From: Escherichia phage AV116
Strand: one strand, 5' to 3'
DNA length: 64,000 nucleotides
Sequence record: OR352946.1
The notes under the pieces are model-generated. The model saw nothing but the letters and a program-made list of their open reading frames with translations. It was not told the origin of the DNA and made no database searches. This document shows positions 56,836 to 64,000 of this stretch, piece by piece. The translations under genes were made by a program, and so were the position numbers. Position 1 is the stretch's first letter. Each line of letters begins with the position of its first letter.

Positions 56836-57785
56836 TATAAAACCTCAATGGCATTTCGTAAACCATCCGCTTTCGCATTCAGAGCTTTTAACGATTTAGT
56901 TTGTTCTGCAATCTGGGCTTCGACTTCTTTAAGACGAGATTTGAGATATTCGCGTTCTTCTCTTAAGTTATCAACTTTTTCTGCTTTAGGTTCTTTAATA
57001 GTCTTAAGTTTATACCCGTTAGGGGACTTCAGCTTAATTCGGGTACGAGAACTGTATAACATTGAACCGTTATCTTCGGATTCGTCGAACGTTTCAACAA
57101 CATCCATAGTCTCTAACAATGTAATAAGTTTATAAGACAACGAACGAACGGTTTTGTTATGCTTATTAATTTCTTCGGCTTTCATGGTACCGAGATTACG
57201 TGAGTAGTAATAAGGAACCTGGATATCAATTGACAATGATGCGTTACCATTACCAGTTGGTTTGAATACTGCAGTAACCCAATCTTTAACATGAACTTTA
57301 TTTGTACGACCATCACCGCCTGTGAATAATTTACGAGAATGTTTAAAAAGCATATTCACTTGGTTATTGAATTCACAAGCAAATTTATCAGCAAATTTAG
57401 TTTCAGGAATGGTAGATAACCAATCAGCTAAATGAGTCTTTTTAACATCGTTAATAATAGTAAATTCAACCAAATCGGTTTTAGATGTCACAGATTTAAT
57501 AAAGCTCGGCTTCATAAAGTTTTTAATGTTATCGCGAGCTACAGTAGAAGATAATAAACGAGAACGTTTGAACCATTGAAGCAGTGTCCCTAATGATTGA
57601 GAATACGCATTCTGAGTATCTTTACAGATATGATTTTCTTGGCCTGTGTATGTACCAAAATCGCGAAGAATACCACTTACTACATCTCGGTGTGGAACAT
57701 CAAATCCTAGTGCACCAGAAGCGCGCTGAGCATGAATGTTAGCGATAAGACCGGCAAAGTATTCAATGTAATGTGAACGTGTCAT
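56835..57785 (-). CDS. hypothetical protein with C-terminal coiled coil
   Basis: 316-aa ORF. Confidence 0.55.
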   Translation of the reverse strand: MTRSHYIEYFAGLIANIHAQRASGALGFDVPHRDVVSGILRDFGTYTGQENHICKDTQNAYSQSLGTLLQWFKRSRLLSSTVARDNIKNFMKPSFIKSVTSKTDLVEFTIINDVKKTHLADWLSTIPETKFADKFACEFNNQVNMLFKHSRKLFTGGDGRTNKVHVKDWVTAVFKPTGNGNASLSIDIQVPYYYSRNLGTMKAEEINKHNKTVRSLSYKLITLLETMDVVETFDESEDNGSMLYSSRTRIKLKSPNGYKLKTIKEPKAEKVDNLREEREYLKSRLKEVEAQIAEQTKSLKALNAKADGLRNAIEVL

Positions 57786-57813
57786 AATATTTTCCTCTCG
57801 TTAAGATAGAAAG

Positions 57814-57845
57814 ATTATACTCCAACCATCCTTGGTTGTACATCA
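57814..57845 (-). promoter_or_regulatory. early promoter (copy 2 of exact 27-bp duplicate)
   Basis: Plus attatactccaaccatccttggttgtac. Confidence 0.45.
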
Positions 57846-58838
57846 TTCCTTAAGAAGTTTTACTACCTGAATAAGATTAGCTCGTTCTGTTTTATTTTTA
57901 CCGTTTAAGCCTGCTAATCGTGAGATTTCATCGTCAGTCTGTTGAATAGTTACATTAAGTTCGTTAATCAAAGCTTCAAAGTATTTGATTTGCTCAGCAT
58001 GTTTTGATTCAAATTTCTGAACCGGATTAACGTATTGATTCAGTTCATCAATAAGGTCTTTAAGAGCATCTTCTTGGTTGATATCATATTCAACTTCTTT
58101 TATTTCTTCAACAAGCTCGTCTTTATATCTAACGTCTTTTAGTCCTAGTGCTGGTCCTGAAATCTCTTCTTTAAGAGTACAAACATATCCAATACGGTAT
58201 CCAATGCCGTCTCGCTTGATATCAACTTCGTCGATAAATCCACAATGTTTAAGACCAGAGCCGATTAGGTTAAAATATCCTTGACGTCTTCCTTCAAACG
58301 TTACACGAACTACTAAGACGGTTTTGCCACCGACCTTTTGAAGCTCACATTTATAAAAGTCAGTTGAACCTGAATAACGTGGATGAGTTTTAAAGTTCAT
58401 CTGACGATCTAGACCCATTTGTAAGCGTGCTGATACGGCCAGAAAACGTGTTTGGTTCTCGTTAAGATGAGCAACAATCCATTTCAAAGGCATTTTACCC
58501 TGTTCACGACCGAACAAATCAGTACGTCCTAAATTACGCAGGATATTGTTAGAGTTAATCATCGACAGAACGTTAAGTTTATTCAGCGCGCTGAAGATTC
58601 CATCGGCCATTGATTTTCCGTAACCTTTACACGCTTTAATAAGCGCTCGCGGTAGATTAGTATAGATTTCAGATGGCATATGAAAATCAAATTTACTAGT
58701 CAGTAATTGATGAACTTGGATAGCAATTTGCTCATAATTAAGTGCTCTGCGATCGTTATGGTCTTTAAACCACACTTTAATCTGTGAAGCACATAAACCG
58801 TTAATTTCATGTTTTACCGCATCAGATGTAATGCTCAT
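57843..58838 (-). CDS. hypothetical protein with C-terminal coiled coil
   Basis: 331-aa ORF. Confidence 0.55.
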   Translation of the reverse strand: MSITSDAVKHEINGLCASQIKVWFKDHNDRRALNYEQIAIQVHQLLTSKFDFHMPSEIYTNLPRALIKACKGYGKSMADGIFSALNKLNVLSMINSNNILRNLGRTDLFGREQGKMPLKWIVAHLNENQTRFLAVSARLQMGLDRQMNFKTHPRYSGSTDFYKCELQKVGGKTVLVVRVTFEGRRQGYFNLIGSGLKHCGFIDEVDIKRDGIGYRIGYVCTLKEEISGPALGLKDVRYKDELVEEIKEVEYDINQEDALKDLIDELNQYVNPVQKFESKHAEQIKYFEALINELNVTIQQTDDEISRLAGLNGKNKTERANLIQVVKLLKE

Positions 58839-58900
58839 AACTATTTCCTCAGATTGAATTGGAACTCAAAACCATTATAACCCGTCCTTGGGTAAAGCGT

Positions 58901-59428
58901 TTATGCGTGAACCGTCTTTAAACGTTCTTCAAATTTCCGAAGAGTACTAATACGTTCTGCTTTCTGTTTTGTATAGTTTGCAATACGTTCTGAAGTGAGA
59001 GCGTATCGTTCGTTTACTGTTTCTTTCATGAAGTCAGGGATTTCACGAGAAGCTTTAATTTCATCAAACTTATCGAGTACTGCCTGGTCTTCAGCAATTA
59101 AATTTTCGTACATCTCGATATCTTTCTTGATGAAGTCGATATCTTCCTGGGTTACTTTGGATAAACGAGATGCTTTATCCTTTTTGTACTGCTCGTTAGT
59201 TTCACGAGACCAGAATAATGTACGTTTTTTGTTAGTGTTTTTGTAGACTTCCACAATTCCAACTGAATCGATGATAACAATCCAATTCCAGCGAGATTTG
59301 AAAATCTGACCTCCGTCCACGGTAATCTCGTTACCATAAGCAATGTCATTAAAGAACTTGCTTTGTGCTTCAGATTTAAATTTACCGTCGTTATAATTTA
59401 CCAGGTTGAAAATATCTTTAGCGTTCAT
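58901..59428 (-). CDS. hypothetical protein
   Basis: 175-aa ORF. Confidence 0.5.
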   Translation of the reverse strand: MNAKDIFNLVNYNDGKFKSEAQSKFFNDIAYGNEITVDGGQIFKSRWNWIVIIDSVGIVEVYKNTNKKRTLFWSRETNEQYKKDKASRLSKVTQEDIDFIKKDIEMYENLIAEDQAVLDKFDEIKASREIPDFMKETVNERYALTSERIANYTKQKAERISTLRKFEERLKTVHA

Positions 59429-59454
59429 GTTTTACCTCCAGTAGTTGATAGGTC

Positions 59455-59484
59455 TATAATAACATAACCATAGACCTTGTAAAC
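59455..59484 (-). promoter_or_regulatory. early promoter (GTTTAC-N18-TATAAT)
   Basis: Plus gataggtctataataacataaccatagaccttgtaaac. Confidence 0.5.
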
Positions 59485-59486
59485 AA

Positions 59487-59774
59487 CTAAAAGAAACTTT
59501 TTTCGGTATTTTTTCCACTGAACCAAACCGACTTCGGGATTTTTTGTAATTTTTCAGATTTAAGTTTCTCTTCCTGCTCTTTCTTATATACACCCTTGTC
59601 GTACTGGAGCATCTCTATGGCATTCTTTTGCAAACAATCTAAGGTAATTAAGGCTTTAGTTTTTCCTTTCAAGGAAGAGTCCTGGCGAACCTCCTCGCTA
59701 TATTGCATCGTAGAACTAACCATACGATGAGCATAGAGTTCGACTGCTGCTTTAATTTTTTGCATAAAATCCAT
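59487..59774 (-). CDS. hypothetical protein
   Basis: 95-aa ORF. Confidence 0.45.
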   Translation of the reverse strand: MDFMQKIKAAVELYAHRMVSSTMQYSEEVRQDSSLKGKTKALITLDCLQKNAIEMLQYDKGVYKKEQEEKLKSEKLQKIPKSVWFSGKNTEKSFF

Positions 59775-59912
59775 AACATATCCTCTTTGATTTGTACATC
59801 ATTATTTTTAAATATTTCTATGCCCTCAGTAGGTTCCTGGTGTCCTTCTTTGAGGTAAGCCATATGATTATTCATCTTTATGGCTTTTGTTACCTCAGAA
59901 CTTCCTATAAGC

Positions 59913-60905
59913 TTATTTCAGTAAAGTTACTTCGGAGATTTCTTCCCAACCATCTTTATCAGTTGAAATAAAATCTGCTACATAAAGAGCCGTACGTAAT
60001 GATACATTGCGAAGACGAGATACGTTAGCCTTCATCCAGGACAATGCTTTATACGTTTCTGCATCCGTCAGACCACGTTTCTGCATCATGTCAGTAGATA
60101 ATATTACATCTTCAACTCGAACCATAATCTCTTCATTAGAGTGTACTCCAAGGTCGAGATACACTGAACGAGATACTAAAGCTTGAAGGTGTGGAGCAAG
60201 TTTCGAACCGCGTTCTAACTCTTTATCGATATCAACGTTTGTAATGAAAACGATAGTACCTTCAAACTCAAATTCTTTATCAATACCCTTATCATCGAGA
60301 TAAGATGACGCAGTGCTCCAACAAACTTTGCGTTTATCTCCGGTATCTAATGCTGCTTTAAGAAGATTCAAGATGTCCATATCTGAGAATACGTCAACGT
60401 CGTCGATTAAGAGAACGCTGTCTGCATCACGGTTGAGCCAAAGTTGTTCGTAAAGGCCAATACCAGAGATTTTACCATTAATACTTTTGTATTTGATGAA
60501 ACCATTATCATTAGCATTATTAAGTGCTTTATCCAGAGAATACGTCTTACCAATACCTGCTGCACCTGAAATAATGAGTGAACGAATTTTGCCATCAATA
60601 ATGCCATTCGTCATCATGTTCATTACTTTAAAGCGTTTGTTGATACGAGTTTTCATATCTTCAGTGCTTTCAGCAACTGCAACTGGTGATGTCTCAACTC
60701 CTTCCATTACGATGTCTGATTTGAAGACCCATACTCCACGTTCAGAACCATCAATCATAACGAAAATTTTACCATCACCTAAGTGGGAACATTCAGGATT
60801 AAGCTTTGCCGGGAACCAGGTCTTTGTGGCAACATAAGAACCAGAGATTTCGTTATTACGATAGATACCTTTTTTGATTTGAACGTTGAACATTTTATTC
60901 TCCAA
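59913..60905 (-). CDS. P-loop ATPase (AAA-like)
   Basis: 330 aa; Walker A ISGAAGIGKTY, Walker B LLIDDVD. Confidence 0.6.
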   Translation of the reverse strand: MENKMFNVQIKKGIYRNNEISGSYVATKTWFPAKLNPECSHLGDGKIFVMIDGSERGVWVFKSDIVMEGVETSPVAVAESTEDMKTRINKRFKVMNMMTNGIIDGKIRSLIISGAAGIGKTYSLDKALNNANDNGFIKYKSINGKISGIGLYEQLWLNRDADSVLLIDDVDVFSDMDILNLLKAALDTGDKRKVCWSTASSYLDDKGIDKEFEFEGTIVFITNVDIDKELERGSKLAPHLQALVSRSVYLDLGVHSNEEIMVRVEDVILSTDMMQKRGLTDAETYKALSWMKANVSRLRNVSLRTALYVADFISTDKDGWEEISEVTLLK

Positions 60906-60932
60906 ATTTACTCATTTCGTTTCGATAGGTCT

Positions 60933-60961
60933 ATAATAACATGTTTAAAGCAAAAGTAAAC
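60933..60961 (-). promoter_or_regulatory. early promoter (GTTTAC-N17-TATAAT)
   Basis: Plus gataggtctataataacatgtttaaagcaaaagtaaac. Confidence 0.5.
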
Positions 60962-60963
60962 AA

Positions 60964-61182
60964 TTATTTGCGACGAGTTTTTTTGGTAAGAGGTTGAAAG
61001 AACACTGCTTTACCAGCAGGAGTCAAAGTGACTCGTAATGCATTACCGATTCCCAAGGATGCTTTAACCAGACCTTTAGATTTCAGTTCACCGAATGCTT
61101 GACGTTGGTCTGCATCACGAGTGTTAACCATAAGACCTTTATCACCAGCTTCACGAATCATTTCTAACATTTTGGTTTTCAT
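60964..61182 (-). CDS. hypothetical protein
   Basis: About 73 aa from ATG 61182; ORF-track start translates promoter-leader. Confidence 0.45.
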   Translation of the reverse strand: MKTKMLEMIREAGDKGLMVNTRDADQRQAFGELKSKGLVKASLGIGNALRVTLTPAGKAVFFQPLTKKTRRK

Positions 61183-61209
61183 TTTGTTCTCCTCTTGTTT
61201 TGATAGGTC

Positions 61210-61238
61210 TATAATAACATATCCTAAAAGCATGTACA
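61210..61238 (-). promoter_or_regulatory. early promoter (TGTACA-N17-TATAAT)
   Basis: Plus gataggtctataataacatatcctaaaagcatgtacac. Confidence 0.45.
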
Positions 61239-61277
61239 CTACTTTTTAAAAATATTTGACCCCCTAAAGGGCCCGAA

Positions 61278-61293
61278 GGCCCTTATCATTTAT
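61278..61293 (-). other. GC-rich UUCG-loop hairpin downstream of nucleotidyltransferase gene
   Basis: Plus agggccCGAAggccct. Confidence 0.35.
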
Positions 61294-62275
61294 AGTATGA
61301 ATTGTGGTTTTCTAAGTAGACTTGCTCAAGAAAGTCATCCCAGAAACTCATATCTACTTTTTGTTGCATACCGTTCTTAGCGGCTTGTTCCGATGCTTGT
61401 TCAACTTGGTCAACGATATCTTCTAGGAATTCTTGTACAGTTTTAAACGTATGTTTACCAAGCTTAACATCGAGAATAAATGGAGCATCCTGAAGTGGGT
61501 AAACCAGGTCGCCGGTTTTGTAAATTTCCAATAATTGAAGTCCACCACGACATGCATGACTCAATGCTTTCCAATCAATACCTTCATTGGCTTCAGCCTT
61601 ACGAGCACGTTCACCATAGTTCTCTTCCAGTTTAACCAGGATGGCATTGAACTCTTTGTTAGTTAACGTATCTTGGAATTTACGGTCCAACAGACTATAA
61701 AATGTTTGCTTACCTGTTTTCTCGTTTTCGGTTTCAACCCATGAAGCAAATTCACCTACAGGCAGAACATTCTTCATATGTGATAAACGAATTACTGCAC
61801 CATTATCAAAGTATTGTCCCCATTCATTAGAACGTTTAAGGGCTTGACGAAGAACAGCCAGTCGAGAACCCTTGACACCGTATTTAGAAGCTTGCTTACG
61901 GACATACCCTAAATAAGATTTCATGTTAGTAGTATAGAAACGAGACCTGTTATCTTGAATATACTTCCATACATCAGGCAAATCAGATTTAACTACTAGA
62001 CTTTGTGGAGTGTGAAGCATATCTAATGCGACGGTTTCACCATCCGCAGCTAGTTTAAAGAAATATTTGAGACTGTACAACTCATGGTCCACGTCGTCTT
62101 TTGTGTTCTTAGAAGATGTGTTATTCGTGTTCTTGCTCATGTGTTCTTTAACGTTACCGGTCAAAATATCACGAGCATGAGGGACATAAATTTCTTTAAA
62201 ATCGATGTCAGATTCAGGAGTAGACGTTCCATAAAGGTGGCTGCCAAAGTAGCCTTTCATAATTGTTTTCATCAT
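61286..62275 (-). CDS. Pol-beta-superfamily nucleotidyltransferase
   Basis: 329 aa; N-terminal GSHLYGTSTPESDIDF fits G-S-x(9-13)-D-x-D. Confidence 0.5.
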   Translation of the reverse strand: MMKTIMKGYFGSHLYGTSTPESDIDFKEIYVPHARDILTGNVKEHMSKNTNNTSSKNTKDDVDHELYSLKYFFKLAADGETVALDMLHTPQSLVVKSDLPDVWKYIQDNRSRFYTTNMKSYLGYVRKQASKYGVKGSRLAVLRQALKRSNEWGQYFDNGAVIRLSHMKNVLPVGEFASWVETENEKTGKQTFYSLLDRKFQDTLTNKEFNAILVKLEENYGERARKAEANEGIDWKALSHACRGGLQLLEIYKTGDLVYPLQDAPFILDVKLGKHTFKTVQEFLEDIVDQVEQASEQAAKNGMQQKVDMSFWDDFLEQVYLENHNSYYK

Positions 62276-62745
62276 TTAGCCTTATATTCAAGAGTAGGAC
62301 AGACTTTTTCTTTACGAGCTTTAAGGTATTCGCCTATTAATGATTTCTTACGTTCAATAGGCTCAAGTCCATTTTTAATTCGTTCTTGGTTTTGTGCAAT
62401 GAGCTCAATTTCTTTATAATATTTTCTGTCGTTATATTTGTCTAACAACCAAGACGGACCAATTACCAACCCGGTAGCAATAAAAGCCATGACTGCCACC
62501 ATTAAAATGCCTACACCAATTGAAGCTGGAACTAATGTCCATAGACTGCTAAAAACAAAGAATTTAGTTAAAATTTCCTGGCCAATGATTGTGACTGCTG
62601 CTAAAATAGCAAATCCAATAATTGAAACGGCCAATACCGGGATTAACGTTTTCCAAAAATAAGCACACAACGTTTTCGGCCGATTCCATGTACTATTGAA
62701 CGCGGCATAAATTTTAAAATGCCAAGAGTTTTCATTGATAATCAT
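62272..62745 (-). CDS. multi-pass membrane protein
   Basis: 157 aa; at least three TM segments; ATGA coupling to the nucleotidyltransferase gene. Confidence 0.5.
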   Translation of the reverse strand: MIINENSWHFKIYAAFNSTWNRPKTLCAYFWKTLIPVLAVSIIGFAILAAVTIIGQEILTKFFVFSSLWTLVPASIGVGILMVAVMAFIATGLVIGPSWLLDKYNDRKYYKEIELIAQNQERIKNGLEPIERKKSLIGEYLKARKEKVCPTLEYKAK

Positions 62746-62754
62746 AATAATTCC

Positions 62755-63285
62755 TTATTTCAAAGTCGGGATAATGGAATCAAGATAAGCTTTAAGAGCA
62801 ACTGCTTCATCTTTGTCTAATGTAATGATATGTTGACGAAGGTCATCAATTTGACGAATAACTACGACATCACCGTCTTCATAAGAAGGATTAACGCCTA
62901 GGACTGTTGTATAGTCAGGGCGGTCCTGATTTGTAATAAAAGCATTACGGCATTTAGCCCATTGAAGTTTGGCCTTTTTGGCTGTTTCAGATTCAATGAA
63001 TTCTTTCACCTTAGCGACAAATGTTTTCCAATTATTAATAGAAAAACATTCATCTTCGGTTTCGATATTAACCCCACTATAAAGTCCGTGATAAAAACGA
63101 ACTTGAAGGTCTTCATCAATGTTAATTACAGATGCATGACCAGGTGGATTGAGTTTCAAAATCTTGTCTAGTTCCATAGGAAGAATAGTAACAACATCAT
63201 CTTCTTGCGTCAGAACATACGCATAACCACGTTTTTCGATACATAAATCGCCAAACAACTCGGTTGTTTCAATTACAGTTTTCAT
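62755..63285 (-). CDS. hypothetical protein
   Basis: 176 aa from ATG 63285. Confidence 0.5.
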   Translation of the reverse strand: MKTVIETTELFGDLCIEKRGYAYVLTQEDDVVTILPMELDKILKLNPPGHASVINIDEDLQVRFYHGLYSGVNIETEDECFSINNWKTFVAKVKEFIESETAKKAKLQWAKCRNAFITNQDRPDYTTVLGVNPSYEDGDVVVIRQIDDLRQHIITLDKDEAVALKAYLDSIIPTLK

Positions 63286-63286
63286 A

Positions 63287-63466
63287 TTATTCACCAATTA
63301 AAGTTTCAACAAAATTCACCAAAGCATCCTGGCAAGCATCAACCTGATTTTCATAAAAGTCTCCGTTATCATTTACCGCGTGATAAGCTACAACATTCAA
63401 ATCTGAATCGGCTTCACGTAGGTCACGGATAAGGTCCATCAATTTATTAGCTTGTTCACGGGTCAT
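63287..63466 (-). CDS. hypothetical acidic protein (59 aa), not in ORF track
   Basis: MTREQANKLMDLIRDLREADSDLNVVAYH...; ATGA coupling upstream. Confidence 0.35.
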   Translation of the reverse strand: MTREQANKLMDLIRDLREADSDLNVVAYHAVNDNGDFYENQVDACQDALVNFVETLIGE

Positions 63467-63573
63467 TTTACCATACTCGTTTCAATAAGATTCACTATGC
63501 CGTTTACCATGTTATAAGTAAACATCGGATAATTGTATTGTATCACAACGTATACGATAAGCAAAAGTTTCAT
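63463..63573 (-). CDS. small hydrophobic protein (36 aa), not in ORF track
   Basis: MKLLLIVYVVIQYNYPMF...; GGAGAA RBS; downstream of promoter at 63603. Confidence 0.25.
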   Translation of the reverse strand: MKLLLIVYVVIQYNYPMFTYNMVNGIVNLIETSMVK

Positions 63574-63602
63574 TTTGTTCTCCATTTGTTTTGATAGGAC
63601 TA

Positions 63603-63631
63603 CTATAACATAGTCCTATCAAGATGTAAAC
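63603..63631 (-). promoter_or_regulatory. early promoter inside 10-bp inverted repeat
   Basis: Plus gataggactactataacatagtcctatcaagatgtaaac. Confidence 0.45.
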
Positions 63632-63864
63632 TACCGATTATGTTTTAAATGTTGATAAAGTTCTTCAACTTGTTTAGGGTCCAAAACAATTAGGTCATTT
63701 TCTTGGCGAAGATAAATCCATCCCTTATCTCCAGGACCATTTTTACAAAACATCACCACCATATCATCATCTTCAGCGCTTTCAGGTAAAAGTTCAAGTA
63801 CACCGTCTTCAGATTTTCCAGTATAATCGTAAAGCATAATATCCTCACATAATCTCGTTAACAT
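63631..63864 (-). CDS. hypothetical acidic protein
   Basis: 77-aa ORF. Confidence 0.45.
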   Translation of the reverse strand: MLTRLCEDIMLYDYTGKSEDGVLELLPESAEDDDMVVMFCKNGPGDKGWIYLRQENDLIVLDPKQVEELYQHLKHNR

Positions 63865-63994
63865 ACATTTGCAATTCGGTGTGGGCGTCAGCCATCTTTT
63901 TCATAGCTCTGTTAATGTCGATGTCTCCATCTTCGCAACCATGAGCATTTTCCCAATCAGATACCGCATTAGCGTACTCTTCAATCAAAAACAT
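63848..63994 (-). CDS. small hypothetical ORF at window edge
   Basis: 48 aa from ATG 63994. Confidence 0.2.
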
Positions 63995-64000
63995 TAACTT

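Noticed and set aside
59669-59875. 68-aa ORF overlapping 59487..59774
   Set aside because: Alternative-frame overlap with a better-supported ORF; no independent RBS
3061-63631. Recurrent tgataggtctataat-type repeats as a possible CRISPR array
   Set aside because: Copies are kilobases apart, always about 30 nt upstream of gene starts, and carry -35/-10 spacing; they are promoters, not CRISPR repeats
1-64000. tRNA or other structured RNA genes
   Set aside because: No cloverleaf-like candidates noticed; intergenic space is almost entirely promoters and terminators

Overview
This window is about 64 kb of a T4-like (Tevenvirinae-type) myovirus genome covering the early and middle gene block; nearly all genes are on the minus strand. 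The most striking feature is a nucleotide-sugar biosynthesis cassette between gene 42 and gene 43, predicted to make an arabinose-type donor for hydroxymethylcytosine DNA modification. Order by increasing coordinate: holin t (partial), asiA, arn, motA, 52, ndd, a disrupted rII locus, a GT4-like glycosyltransferase, an HNH endonuclease, 39 (unsplit), a GIY-YIG endonuclease, dexA, dda, modA, modB, soc, 56, 61, sp/imm/dmd-like genes, 41, 40, uvsX, 42, the sugar cassette, 43, regA, 62, 44, 45, 46, 47, 55, nrdH, nrdG, nrdD, 49, nrdC, then genes of unknown function. No alpha- or beta-glucosyltransferase was recognised at the T4-syntenic positions. Other notable points are a truncated rIIA joined to a start-less rIIB-like remnant, five free-standing homing endonuclease genes, exact promoter duplications, and a stereotyped early promoter-leader cassette often embedded in inverted repeats. 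All calls rest on motif reading and recalled family knowledge; no database search was run. CDS coordinates follow the ORF track and include the stop codon; promoter and hairpin coordinates are approximate (about +/-2 nt).
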